The notes under the pieces were generated by a model that worked only from the letters and a program-made list of their open reading frames with translations, had not been told where the DNA came from and searched no databases. Position numbers and translations under genes: made by a program. From positions 1,760,001 to 1,824,000 of the forward strand of contig OY776215.1 in assembly GCA_963675495.1 (NCBI GenBank): a DNA stretch of 64,000 bases, read 5' to 3'. The stretch comes from an uncultured Methanolobus sp. GTDB taxonomy: Archaea > Halobacteriota > Methanosarcinia > Methanosarcinales > Methanosarcinaceae. Within the stretch, counting starts at the first letter, position 1. Each line of letters starts with the position of its first letter. Positions 50,689 to 61,700 of this stretch are shown here, piece by piece.

Positions 50689-51288
50689 ATTCCTCTAAAA
50701 GCTTATCTGGATATTAATCCTATTCCCCGGGTAGTTTATGCCTAAATCAAATTTACTTGTTTTATTACTTTTAACTACCTGGCTCAATATCAACCCATAA
50801 GTTTATAAAACTTTGAATTATATTACTTAACGTAATCATCATTATGATTACATTAATACTTGAAAACAAGATAATACAGATACTACGAACAAAGGTATCT
50901 TTCAACAATACAAATTTAGTTATTCGTAATCACTACAGATTCAATAGGAATCATCTACCGATTAGGTATTCGTTAACCACTAAAAAGTGCTTAACAGGTC
51001 AAAAGCTACAAGTATTCAATGAGGGATTTGGAAATAATGCTTATTGACCACTGTCAGCAACAGCTTGAGTAGCATGCTTGCATTGTATGCAAAGTGTATA
51101 GTTACTGCTGTGCTTAGCTTGGCGTTGGTTTGGATTAAGTGAAATTCTTCATGTTTATTCATTGAATTTTTAGTTTTATATTTCAGGCCTTTCGACAAGA
51201 TGATGAAGTCTTGCTAGTTGTTGCCTATTTTCTATTTTTGTGTTCCGAATTGTTCTGGTATCATCATACAAAAATTCGGAGAATCATC

Positions 51289-52698
51289 ATGCAAAATGCA
51301 GATACTACTAAATATATAATTCATTCAAAGATAGTCGCAGATGGAATAATAGAACGTCCTGATATAGTCGGAGCTATTTTTGGCCAGACTGAGGGTTTGC
51401 TCGGTTCTGACCTTGACCTTCGTGATCTTCAGAAAACAGGGCGAATAGGAAGGATCGAGGTTGTTGTCAATGCAAAAGGAGGTAAGACCAGAGGAACTAT
51501 TCTTATCCCATCAAGCCTCGATAAAGTTGAGACCTCTATCCTTGCAGCATCTCTGGAAACCATAGACAGGGTCGGACCTTGCAGTGCGAAGATCGAGATA
51601 ACTCATATTGAGGATGTTAGGGCAACAAAACGCCAGCAGATAATTGAAAGGGCAAAGTTCATTTTCACCGGTATGTTCGACGAGAATCTCCCTGAATCTC
51701 AGGAGATAGCTGATGAGGTACGTCAGTCCGTAAGGGTTGAAGAAATGCAGTATTTCGGTAAAAACAAAGTTCCATGCGGTCCTGCAGTTTTTGAATCTGA
51801 TGCAATTGTCGTTGTTGAGGGTCGTGCAGATGTTCTTAACCTGTTGAAATACGGTATTAAGAACACTATTTGCGTAGGTGGTACCAATGTTCCTCCTGAG
51901 GTTGCAGAGCTTACTAAGAAAAAGGAGACAGTGACAGCTTTCACAGATGGTGACCGAGGAGGAGAACTTATCATCAAGGAACTGGTCCAGGTCGCAAACA
52001 TCGACTACATTGCAAGGGCACCAGATGGTAAGGGTGTAGAGGAACTGGTGCAAAAAGAGATTGTAAGGTCTCTAAGGCAAAAAGTTCCAGTTGAGCAGGT
52101 AATTGACAAATATGTTGTCAAGGACCAGGTACCTCTGAATGAGAATGCTCGTGGTCCACGTCTTCCACAACGTAAGGAAAGAAGACCTGCTCCTGAGGTC
52201 AAACGCGTTGGTGCCTCAAAAGTCCAGAGAACGCCCAGGGAACCACGTGAAAGAGACACACGTGAAAAAAGTACACGCGAAAGAGACACACGTGTCAGAG
52301 ACGCACGTAGCAGAGACACACGTGGCAGGGATACGAGAACAAAAGAACCACAGCAGGAACCAAAGAAGGAGCCAGTTGCTGTTCAGAAATCAAAAGTTCC
52401 GGTGTCTCCTGAAAACAAAAGATTCAAGTCTCACGCAGATGATCTTCTAGGCACATTCAGTGCACGTTTCCTTGATGGAGGGGATAATGTTGTTAATGAA
52501 ACAGCAGTTCGTGATCTTGTCAGTACTCTCAAGGATTACAAGGACGAAGTGAAAACAGTCGTTTTTGATGGTGTTATCACTCAGAGGATCCTTGATATTG
52601 CTGTAGATAAAGGCATAGAGCGTTTGATAGGTGCAAAAGTAGGTAGTGTGACCAAGAGACCTGCTTCTGTTAAAGTGCTCACAGCTGGGTCTTTATAA
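51289..52698 (+). CDS. dnaG: Archaeal DnaG (primase-like, exosome-associated)
   Basis: [28 protein letters not shown] and [14 protein letters not shown]. Confidence 0.95.
   Translation: MQNADTTKYIIHSKIVADGIIERPDIVGAIFGQTEGLLGSDLDLRDLQKTGRIGRIEVVVNAKGGKTRGTILIPSSLDKVETSILAASLETIDRVGPCSAKIEITHIEDVRATKRQQIIERAKFIFTGMFDENLPESQEIADEVRQSVRVEEMQYFGKNKVPCGPAVFESDAIVVVEGRADVLNLLKYGIKNTICVGGTNVPPEVAELTKKKETVTAFTDGDRGGELIIKELVQVANIDYIARAPDGKGVEELVQKEIVRSLRQKVPVEQVIDKYVVKDQVPLNENARGPRLPQRKERRPAPEVKRVGASKVQRTPREPRERDTREKSTRERDTRVRDARSRDTRGRDTRTKEPQQEPKKEPVAVQKSKVPVSPENKRFKSHADDLLGTFSARFLDGGDNVVNETAVRDLVSTLKDYKDEVKTVVFDGVITQRILDIAVDKGIERLIGAKVGSVTKRPASVKVLTAGSL
52246..52335 (+). repeat. In-frame 15-bp minisatellite x6 in the dnaG linker (R-x-R-D-T)
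   Basis: CGTGAAAGAGACACA-like units at 52246, 52261, 52276, 52291, 52306 and 52321. Confidence 0.9.
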
Positions 52699-52705
52699 TT
52701 TTGTG

Positions 52706-52737
52706 TACTGTGCTTGCGCACAGTATATTTATTTTTG
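52706..52737 (+). terminator. Hairpin plus T-tract after dnaG
   Basis: TACTGTGC-TTGC-GCACAGTA followed by T-rich sequence. Confidence 0.6.
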
Positions 52738-52968
52738 ATTCAATATTGATTTTCTATTAGTATGTTCTTTTTTTATTTACTCGTGACCATGGTTATTTAT
52801 CATGGTTAATCATTGAAATTAAACAGCAAAGTTTATATGCTTAACTCACGGAAATGACTTCCGTGGGAAATGCCTTTATTTTGAAATTAACCAAATAGCA
52901 TTAGTGCATTATTTAAACAGTGCACAAAATAGCAAAAACAATTTAATTTTAGGTATAGGTTGGTTGGT

Positions 52969-53253
52969 ATGCACAAAGATGAATTGATACAATTGCACAC
53001 ATTGATGGCTCAAATAAAAAGACACTTTGAACACATGGGAATAAATGAATCGTTTGACGGATATGATTCGTTATCTATAAGTCCCCTGCATGTTCACAGG
53101 AGCAAGGCTGAACACAAACATGCTATCTTTGTCCTTGGGAACGATATAGCAGCTTCACTATCACAGGATGATATATCTGGTATAGGGAGAACTTCAGAGC
53201 GAATGCATGAACTTGCTATACGTGCAAGTGGGCACGTAGCCAATACGAATTAA
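52969..53253 (+). CDS. UPF0058 family protein
   Basis: MHKDELIQLH, P.HVHRSKAEHKHAIFVLG. Confidence 0.9.
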   Translation: MHKDELIQLHTLMAQIKRHFEHMGINESFDGYDSLSISPLHVHRSKAEHKHAIFVLGNDIAASLSQDDISGIGRTSERMHELAIRASGHVANTN

Positions 53254-53768
53254 ATATAGTCTTGAAGCCTGAAAGCATGTTTCTTTCCTGATAACGCAGG
53301 TTCATTTGTGTTATTCAGGAAAGTAGCATTAAATGGAGTAAGACGTTTTTTCATTATTATTCCGTCCTCTCCATCAGAGTAGTACCCATGCTCTATCCAG
53401 CAGGGAATGAACTCCATACGTTTGTAAAATTTCTGGGCCCTGATATTTGTGATCCTTACTTCCAGACTTGCATAATGCAGGAACTTCCTCATAAAAACAG
53501 GAAGAATGGCGTTCATGAGCTTAGCTCCAATGCCCATGCTTCTGAATCCATCTCTCACAGCGAGTGAAAATATTCTTCCCTCGCTGGCTGACAGTTTATA
53601 TCCTACTATAAAGCCCACTATATAGCCATTATATTCGGCAACAAGGAATCCTTCACTGTTCATCTCATAGAAGTTCATGTAAAGGAATGGATTATGTTCC
53701 GAGAAAGCCTCTGATTCTATTTCGAGAACCTCTTCAAAATCAGAAGGTTCAAAGTTTCTTACTATCAT
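53250..53768 (-). CDS. rimI: RimI-like N-terminal acetyltransferase
   Basis: SLAV...FRSMGIG, LEVRITN..AQKFY, YYSDGED. Confidence 0.88.
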   Translation of the reverse strand: MIVRNFEPSDFEEVLEIESEAFSEHNPFLYMNFYEMNSEGFLVAEYNGYIVGFIVGYKLSASEGRIFSLAVRDGFRSMGIGAKLMNAILPVFMRKFLHYASLEVRITNIRAQKFYKRMEFIPCWIEHGYYSDGEDGIIMKKRLTPFNATFLNNTNEPALSGKKHAFRLQDYI

Positions 53769-53794
53769 TTTCCTTAAAGCACAATGTATGTGCC

Positions 53795-55636
53795 TTATTT
53801 AATTTTTTCAACATGACGCAGGTCTACCGCAACCCCGCGGCTGGCTTTCTTCATCTCATCTCCGCTCATGGCTGCTCTTCCAACCGCGATTGCGTCCTTG
53901 CCGCAGACAAGTACTTCATCGGTAGGCCTTATCAATGGATCAGCATCCATTACTCCGGGTGCAAGAAGTGAGCCACGTGGGACGAAGTCATCTATCTTCA
54001 CGATATATTTGCCCTGTTCCATCATAGCTTTCACGCCTTCAATGGTAATTGCGAGGGTGCCGTATTGGGGGATCAATGTGGTTAGCTGCTTCTTTCCCAT
54101 GAATACCTGGTGTTTAGGGAAGGGGCCTTTGATAATTGAACCCTCGGGCACGAGTATTTGTCCAAATCCTTTTCCAAACTGGTAATCTGCAACAGCTTTC
54201 ATAAGGTCTTTTTGTGTCTGCTCATGGCCTCTTTTTCTTCCGGTGCAAAGTCCTGACATCGTTTCACTGAGGTTTTTCAGTGATTCAGGTGATGTCACAT
54301 TACCACTACTGGTGTAGATGATATCTATACCAAGTTTTTCCGCCACCATTTCGCATATATGGCGGTATGCATCCTCAACATGTGCAACGATCGATGTATA
54401 TTGATGCTGTGACAGGTATTCTTCGAGACATGATGCTACCCACTGTTTTTCTTCAGCATCCCAGTACCCGGTCACTGTCGTGTCATAGTGTGATGCAGGG
54501 TATGTCAGTTCAAGTTCCCTTGGTACGATTCCAAGCGGTGATGTGATAATGACCTCATGAACGTATTTGCGGCTCTTTCCAAGTGCATTGATGAATCTCC
54601 AGTGAGAATTGGATGTGGAATATGGTTTCTTGGCAGAGCATGGCAGGAGCAGAAGTACATCTTTTTCCGGTGGTGTGTATCTTTCCTGTATCCTTCTGGC
54701 AAATCGGACAATTTCTACTCTGTTCTGCGATTCACCACAAGTTGCGATAAGCGAGTTTTTCCTGGCAATGGTGCTCTGACTTTCCATATAGTTATACTCT
54801 GCATCCGTGAGTCGCATAAGGGCGGTAAGCCAAGGTCTCACTCTGCATTGTCCTTCTATATACTCACGTAGCATTCCTGAGCGTATCTTCTCCCTGACAA
54901 GGGCCGCTTCAGCTTCCATAGCATTGATGTTGTGCTTTTCTATAATTGAAGCACGGCTCTTCTTATCCATTTTGACGAGGTTGGCTAAATCAGTTGATGA
55001 ACATGCACTGCATCTGCAGGGTAGTTCTGCCAGTGAATCGAGATAGAATTGCCCTGCGTTAGTGAAATATATGTCATTGTGTGCAGCAACTATGGCTTTT
55101 GTATTGTCAAAGATATCAATACCAAGATAGGCTAGCATTGCAAGGTTTTCAGGGGTGCATATATTGGGTGTGTAGACAGCTGTATCAGGTGCTATCTCAC
55201 TTTTCATCTCAACAAGCGTGTTGATCATACGTCTTGCATTGTTCTCAAAACACCCTGCTCCCTCCATTACATAGAGGTCACTTTTCTTTACCTTTTGTCC
55301 GGGTATGTAAATGCTTCCTGTGGCACCGCTAGCTTCAATTTCTGATTTTTCTGCAAGTTTTAATGCAAGGTCATGCGGTGCATCAGGTGTGAGATCCTGG
55401 TGAGGAAGTATTATCAGGACATCTTCTCCATAATCCTGTCTTATTTTCTGGTAATATTCTTTACTTTCTTCCAGATCGCTGTATTTCCAGAGAGAGCCAC
55501 CATCTATTATCAGACTTTCAGGGGAACCAAGGCTTATTGTATCTATTATGAAAGGTGTTCGGATGGTTTCCTTCAGGAGAAGTTTTCCTATCCTTGCAGC
55601 ACCATCTCGCTGCTGTACCTCAAAGTATCGTGTCAT
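53795..55636 (-). CDS. arcS: Archaeosine synthase alpha subunit (TgtA2)
   Basis: RDGAARIG, CRCSAC, PCSAKKPYSTSNSH, C-terminal PUA domain. Confidence 0.92.
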   Translation of the reverse strand: MTRYFEVQQRDGAARIGKLLLKETIRTPFIIDTISLGSPESLIIDGGSLWKYSDLEESKEYYQKIRQDYGEDVLIILPHQDLTPDAPHDLALKLAEKSEIEASGATGSIYIPGQKVKKSDLYVMEGAGCFENNARRMINTLVEMKSEIAPDTAVYTPNICTPENLAMLAYLGIDIFDNTKAIVAAHNDIYFTNAGQFYLDSLAELPCRCSACSSTDLANLVKMDKKSRASIIEKHNINAMEAEAALVREKIRSGMLREYIEGQCRVRPWLTALMRLTDAEYNYMESQSTIARKNSLIATCGESQNRVEIVRFARRIQERYTPPEKDVLLLLPCSAKKPYSTSNSHWRFINALGKSRKYVHEVIITSPLGIVPRELELTYPASHYDTTVTGYWDAEEKQWVASCLEEYLSQHQYTSIVAHVEDAYRHICEMVAEKLGIDIIYTSSGNVTSPESLKNLSETMSGLCTGRKRGHEQTQKDLMKAVADYQFGKGFGQILVPEGSIIKGPFPKHQVFMGKKQLTTLIPQYGTLAITIEGVKAMMEQGKYIVKIDDFVPRGSLLAPGVMDADPLIRPTDEVLVCGKDAIAVGRAAMSGDEMKKASRGVAVDLRHVEKIK

Positions 55637-55722
55637 TGCTGTCTAATAGGTGTAGTCAGATGTAAATGTTTGCCTTTACCAAAAAGTATAAATCTTACTA
55701 TCTCAGTTAAAAAATCGATTCA

Positions 55723-57105
55723 ATGCAAAAATCCGATTTACTTAAAAATCTGCAGGAAATAGTTGGGAACGAAAGAGTTTCCGCGTCGTCTGCAGAGCTT
55801 TACTGTTATTCATGCGATGCCTCTCAGGTAAGGGGTATGCCTGATTTTGTTGTCAGGCCAGTAAGTACTGAACAGGTTTCAAAGATAGTCAGGCTTGCAA
55901 ACAAAGAAGAAATTCCTGTAACCTCACGAGGTGCAGGTACGGGGATGGCCGGTGGAGCTGTGCCACTCGAGGGTGGCATTGTGCTTGATATGTCATCTAT
56001 GGACAGAATTCTGGAAATGGACCTCGGTAACCTTCAGGTTACAATTGAACCTGGTATTATTCAGGAGAAGTTGAATGAAGCGCTTGAACCATATGGTTTC
56101 TTTTTTCCTCCTGATCCGGGAAGTTCTGCAATGTGCACACTTGGTGGCCTAATAGCCAATAATGGAAGTGGAATGCGTTCGGTTAAATACGGTACCACCA
56201 AAACCTATGTGCTTGGGCTTGAGGTCGTAATGGCAGACGGTACAGTCATCAATACCGGTTCCAAAGTGACAAAATCAGTTGCTGGTTATTCATTGAACGA
56301 TCTTTTCATAGGGTCTGAAGGAACTCTTGGGGTCATAACAAAAGCGACGTTGAAAGTCAGGGCGCTGCCAAAAGAACGTTCTGTTCTGCTTGCATCCTTC
56401 GATGACCCGGAACATGCAGGTCAGGCAGTTGTCAAGGTTCTATCTTCCGGCTTAATTCCTTCCGCATGCGAGATACTGGACAGGAACATAATCGAGGCTA
56501 TAAACACCTATGACCCTCATATAGGACTTCCAAAGGCAGGTGCCATTCTTATGTTCGAAGTAGATGGTACTGATAATAGTGTTCGTGAAGGTATTGAGAT
56601 GATAAGGGACATATGCAGTTCCCTTGCAACCAGTATAAGGGCAGCTTCGGATAAGAAGGAAAGAGATGAGATATGGGCTGCTAGAAGACTTGTCGGTGCT
56701 GCAGTTTCCAGGCTTGATCCGCTTCGCACTCGTGTTTATCTTGGCGAGGACATTGGAGTCCCTATTAAAGAGTTGCCTGGAATGTTGCATAAGATACGCG
56801 AGATATCCGAAGAGTTCGATCTGCCGATAATGACCTATGGGCACATCGGTGACGGCAACCTCCACACTGGTATGTGTATTGATATGCTTGACGAAAAGCA
56901 ATGGGATAAACTAAGCAAGGTCGCAGACAAGATACACCGCACAGCCATTGGTATTGGTGGAACTGTCACTGCTGAGCATGGAGTTGGCAGTGCAAGGGCA
57001 GAGTACCTTGAACTTGAGCTTGGTAATGCCCTTGATGTAATGATATTGATAAAGAAAGCTCTTGATCCCAAAGGAATACTTAATCCAGGGAAGATGGGGG
57101 TCTGA
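55723..57105 (+). CDS. FAD-binding 2-hydroxyacid dehydrogenase (GlcD/D-lactate dehydrogenase-like)
   Basis: RGAGTG.AGG, PDPGS, GSEGTLG, GHIGDGNLH, EHGVG, ILNPGK. Confidence 0.92.
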   Translation: MQKSDLLKNLQEIVGNERVSASSAELYCYSCDASQVRGMPDFVVRPVSTEQVSKIVRLANKEEIPVTSRGAGTGMAGGAVPLEGGIVLDMSSMDRILEMDLGNLQVTIEPGIIQEKLNEALEPYGFFFPPDPGSSAMCTLGGLIANNGSGMRSVKYGTTKTYVLGLEVVMADGTVINTGSKVTKSVAGYSLNDLFIGSEGTLGVITKATLKVRALPKERSVLLASFDDPEHAGQAVVKVLSSGLIPSACEILDRNIIEAINTYDPHIGLPKAGAILMFEVDGTDNSVREGIEMIRDICSSLATSIRAASDKKERDEIWAARRLVGAAVSRLDPLRTRVYLGEDIGVPIKELPGMLHKIREISEEFDLPIMTYGHIGDGNLHTGMCIDMLDEKQWDKLSKVADKIHRTAIGIGGTVTAEHGVGSARAEYLELELGNALDVMILIKKALDPKGILNPGKMGV

Positions 57106-57107
57106 AA

Positions 57108-58166
57108 ATGAGCGAATCTGATATGCGTTCAATACTAAAATGTATCCGTTGCGGTACATGTCGTTCAATATGTCCTGTTTTTGATGTTATTGGCTGGGAA
57201 TCAGCCAGTTCCCGCGGACGCATGCTTGTAGCCCATGGTATTTCTCAGGGAATGGAAGTTGACGAGAGTGTTTTAGATAGTCTTAATACCTGTACTACAT
57301 GCGGACTCTGTGAGCAGATGTGTCCTTCCGGAGCGTCTCCTGTCAAGGTTGTAGAAAACTTCAGGCACCAGCTTGTGCTTCAGGGTAAGATGACCGATGC
57401 ACAGAAGAAACTGCGCTTTGAGGCTCTGGATAAGGGCAATCCTCTTGGTGAAGCAAAAGATAGGATGGCATGGCTTGGAGACTCTAAAAATGATGTGACA
57501 GAAAAGGCAGATTATGTCTTCTTTGCAGGCTGTTTGGCTTCATACAGGTATCCTGAACTCACAAAGAGGACCTTTGATATTCTGAAAAAGTACGGTGTTA
57601 CTGTATTGCAGGAAGAAGTATGTTGTGGCTCTCCGCTTCTGAGGACAGGTTCTGATCCATCTGAACTGGTATCAAAGAACCTGGAGCAGATCAAAAAGAT
57701 AGGTGCCCATACAATAATCACTGGTTGTGCAGGATGTTTCACAACACTGAAAAATGATTATCCGGGTGATGTGAAAGTTGTTCATGTTGTCGAGTTCCTT
57801 GCAGACCGTCTTGCAGAGCTGGATCTGAAGAAATTGGATCTGAAAGTTACCTATCATGACCCCTGCCACCTTGGAAGATGTAATGGGGTGTTTGATGCTC
57901 CAAGGCAGATAATAGAATCCATTTGTGACCTTGAAGAAATGAAGAGCAACAGGGAAAAGTCCAAATGTTGTGGTGCAGGTGGCGGAGTACTCAAAGGTTA
58001 TCCTGAACTTTCACTTGAGATCTCAAAGAACAGGGTCGAGGAAATTCCAGAAGACGTGGACTATCTGGTGACTGCATGTCCCCTTTGCCGTACAAATCTC
58101 AAACGTGGCGGTCCAAGGGTCGATGTGCTGGACATAATCGACTTGCTGGAAATGGCTATGGAATAG
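57108..58166 (+). CDS. GlcF/HdrD-like Fe-S protein (2x 4Fe-4S plus two CCG domains)
   Basis: CIRCGTC..CP, CTTCGLC..CP, CCGSP, YHDPCHL, CCGAGGG. Confidence 0.92.
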   Translation: MSESDMRSILKCIRCGTCRSICPVFDVIGWESASSRGRMLVAHGISQGMEVDESVLDSLNTCTTCGLCEQMCPSGASPVKVVENFRHQLVLQGKMTDAQKKLRFEALDKGNPLGEAKDRMAWLGDSKNDVTEKADYVFFAGCLASYRYPELTKRTFDILKKYGVTVLQEEVCCGSPLLRTGSDPSELVSKNLEQIKKIGAHTIITGCAGCFTTLKNDYPGDVKVVHVVEFLADRLAELDLKKLDLKVTYHDPCHLGRCNGVFDAPRQIIESICDLEEMKSNREKSKCCGAGGGVLKGYPELSLEISKNRVEEIPEDVDYLVTACPLCRTNLKRGGPRVDVLDIIDLLEMAME

Positions 58167-58179
58167 CCATTTTAGTTTT

Positions 58180-58670
58180 TATTTTTTGAATTTTTTAAAA
58201 CGGAGGGCATATTTTGATACCTTTTGCAGTTTTCTGTTCAAAGCCAAAGCAACTACTACACCGATCCCTCCAAATCCTGGTATTGGAAAGTTAGGAACAG
58301 CATCTGAGTTTCTCCAGTATCATCCTGCGTGCTTTTTAGATCAGGCTCTTCATATCCGTTCATTTTCCTCAGTTCAGCGTAGTTAATGTTAAGCCTCTTG
58401 CTTACAAGATCCGTTGGATATCTTCCACCATCAATATCTGCTCACATGGCTTCGCAGACAATTGAAGAGCCATACTCCTGGCAGTATATTTTGTAGATTG
58501 ATGAACTGTTCAATTTATCAGAGAGTATACTTCATGTTCTTCTGTAGAAAGCAAGAAATTATTGTTTTTTGATTGTTGTTCAGTCCAATCGTGAATGTTG
58601 AGCCATGGTAAATGATTTTGTTCTTGCTCCATCTCAGTGTCCTGGGTGTTATTTGATGCGTATGGTATCG
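58180..58670 (-). pseudogene. Degenerate PGF-CTERM surface protein remnant
   Basis: Minus strand reads ..PNFPIPGFGGIGVVVALALNRKLQK.. (PGF at 58272-58280), out of frame with upstream protein-like sequence; the 5' boundary is approximate. Confidence 0.5.
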
Positions 58671-58790
58671 TTATTTTGAAAGCATTAAAAAAATAAACAG
58701 GATACTAATATAAGGAATCAATTGAATATTATGTTGTTACCGATGTACATCTTGTTTTGTCAGTATTTCGACAATTGAAGATTCTAAGGG

Positions 58791-61700
58791 GTGAGCATTA
58801 TAGTCACGAATGAGAATAGTGCAAGCAAAGAGCAAACACAATCGTCAAAAAAGAAAAATATCCCTGCTAAGGCAGATGAGTCTTCAAATGTCTTCTATCA
58901 TGGCAAATTTCCTGTTGTAGGTATTGGTGCGTCAGCTGGCGGGCTAATTGCATTGGAGGATTTCTTTTCAGCGATGCCTGCAGATACCATCCAGGGGATT
59001 GCCTTTGTTGTAGTACAGCACATGTCACCCAACCACAAAAGCATGCTTTCCGAAATTATCAGGCGTTTTACAAAGATGCAGATATATGATGTCAAGGACG
59101 GAATGGGTGTCATGCCTGACTGCATATATATTATCCCCCCCAATCAGGATATGATCATTATGGACGGCATATTGCACTTATTGGAGCCGTCTGAGGCGCA
59201 TGGACATCGTATGCCAATCGATTCCTTCTTCCATTCTCTGGCATCAGATCAACAGGAGTGGGGCATTGGTATAGTGCTCTCGGGTACCGGTAGTGATGGT
59301 ACAGCCGGAGTGAGATACATCAAGGCAGAAGGTGGTATGGTAATGGCACAGAGTCCGCAGTCCAGCGAGTATAATGGCATGCCTCTCAGTGCTATTGACA
59401 CAGGTCTGGTGGACTATGTACTGGAGTCGGCAGAGATGCCAGCTCAACTCCGCGATTATGTATCCCAGATCGATGTGTCCAACTCATCTGAAGAAAAGCC
59501 ACGCACAACTCATAAAATTGAAGAAACAATGCAAATTATCTTCAATGAACTGCTCGTCCAGACAGGTCATGACTTCTCGCAATATAAACAGAAGACATTG
59601 GACCGTCGTATAAAGCGTCGCATGGTCGTCAACAACATCAGGCGTGTGGAAGGGTACGCACACTACCTACAGCAAAAACCGGAGGAAGTGCAGGCACTTT
59701 TTCGTGATATTCTGATAAATGTCACAAATTTCTTCCGCAATCCCGGGGTCTTTGAGGTATTTCAGGAGCAAGTAGTTCCGAAACTCTTTGAGGGCAAATC
59801 CCCCGGCACACCGGTGCGTATCTGGGTTGTAGGTTGCTCCACTGGTGAAGAGGCATATTCTATCGCTATCCTGATCCATGAACATATGGAAAAGTTAAAG
59901 CAGATTTTTGAAATACAGATATTCGCCACCGACATTGACAGTAGAACGATTGAGCATGCTCGTAAAGGCGTTTATCCTGGCAACATTTCTTCCGATATCT
60001 CCCCTGAAAGACTAGAGCATTTTTTTACTCATAATTCCGAGGCGAATACTTACTCCATCCAGAAAAATATCCGTGACATGATTATTTTTTCCGAACAGGA
60101 TGTAATCCAGGATCCGCCGTTCTCCAAACTTGACCTCATCAGTTGTCGTAACCTGTTAATCTATATGAATAAGGAAATGCAGAAAAGTCTTATTCCTATG
60201 TTCCATTATGCACTGAATCCTGCCGGATTTCTTTTGCTTGGTTCTTCCGAAAGCATTGGGGAATTCTCAATGTTCTTTGATACCTTGGATAGAAAATCTA
60301 AATTGTATCAAAGCAAGGCTGAAATTGGTGAATATGGCCATTCGCTAGGTAAATTTTTTCCGTTCCCTGTAGGAATCGAAACACCTCTTCGTTCTTCCGA
60401 TAAATATGCCGGTGAAAAAAAATTCAAGATGCGTGAACTGGCTGAAAAGAAATTGCTGCAACAATATGCTCCGGCAGGTGTGCTTATCAACGAACGCGGT
60501 GATATCCTCTATCTTCATGGGCGTACAGGTCTGTATATTGAAATGCCCCCTGGTGAACCTGCTTACAACATTCTGAAGATGGCTCGTGAAGGGCTGCGTT
60601 CGCCACTGAGCGCTGCCTTGAGTAAAGCAATAGTAAGCAAAGAGCAGGTAACACGTTCCGGAGTCAGAGTCAAGACCAATGGCAACTTTACGACAATCAA
60701 TCTGACGATTCGACCTGTGGAAGAGTCTACTGATCAAAATTTGCTCATGGTTACTTTTGATGTCCCGCCAGAATCCGAACAGAAAGCAGGTCAGGTGACT
60801 GGAGATTATATTGTTGGGGATACATCAGATGATGAAGAAAGCGTTTCATCTCTCAAAGAAGAACTGAGGACCATGGAAGAATATCTCAGGGCTTCTAATG
60901 AAGAACTGGAAGTTTCCAATGAAGAGCTGAGATCCTCTAATGAAGAAATGCAGTCAATGAACGAGGAACTGCAATCCACCAACGAAGAACTGGAAACTTC
61001 CAGAGAAGAATTACAATCTGTCAACGAGGAACTATCCACTGTAAATAATGAACTTCAGGCCAAGGTTGCAGAACTTTCCGAGACCAATGACGATATGAAC
61101 AACTTGCTGGCTTCTACGGGTGTGGGAATTGTATTTGTGGACAATCAGTTACGTATCCAGCGCTTTACCCCTGCCGTCACAAAAGTTATGAACCTGATTC
61201 CTTCGGATGTGGGAAGGCCTATAGAGCATACCGTTTCCAATTTTTCAGGGTATAATCGCCTGATAGCGGATATACAGTCTGTACTTGACAACCTGGTTCC
61301 TCTGGAGACAGAAGTCCATACAAACAGTGGCGAGTGGTACACTATAAGGATGCGTCCCTACCGAACAATGAAAAACACTATTGAAGGTGTAGTTGTTACA
61401 TTCCAGAAGCAGACAGATCTTTTACGTCGCCTGGCTGCGGTGGTACGTGACTCACTTGATGCTATAGCCTTGCAGGATAAGGATGGTCATATCCTCGCGT
61501 GGAATCCTATGGCTGAGAAAATGTATGGTTGGAGCGAAGCCGATGCGTTGAATATGAATGCCAGCAGTATGGTCCCAGAAGATAGAATAGAAGAATCCAT
61601 GGACATTATGAAAGAACTTGTTAAGGGTGAGGTCCCTGAACCTTACCAGACACAGAGAATCACCAAAGAAGGGCGCATCCTGAATGTATGGGTGATAGCA

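Noticed and set aside
50700-51288. Replication origin in the long AT-rich gap before dnaG
   Set aside because: No ORB-like repeats recognised and no adjacent cdc6/orc1.
52850-52862. NrpR operator upstream of UPF0058
   Set aside because: The spacer between GGAA and TTCC is 5 nt, not 6; kept only as a generic palindrome.
52246-61058. CRISPR array suggested by periodic repeats at 52246 and 60894
   Set aside because: Both are in-frame coding repeats with no unique spacers and no cas genes.
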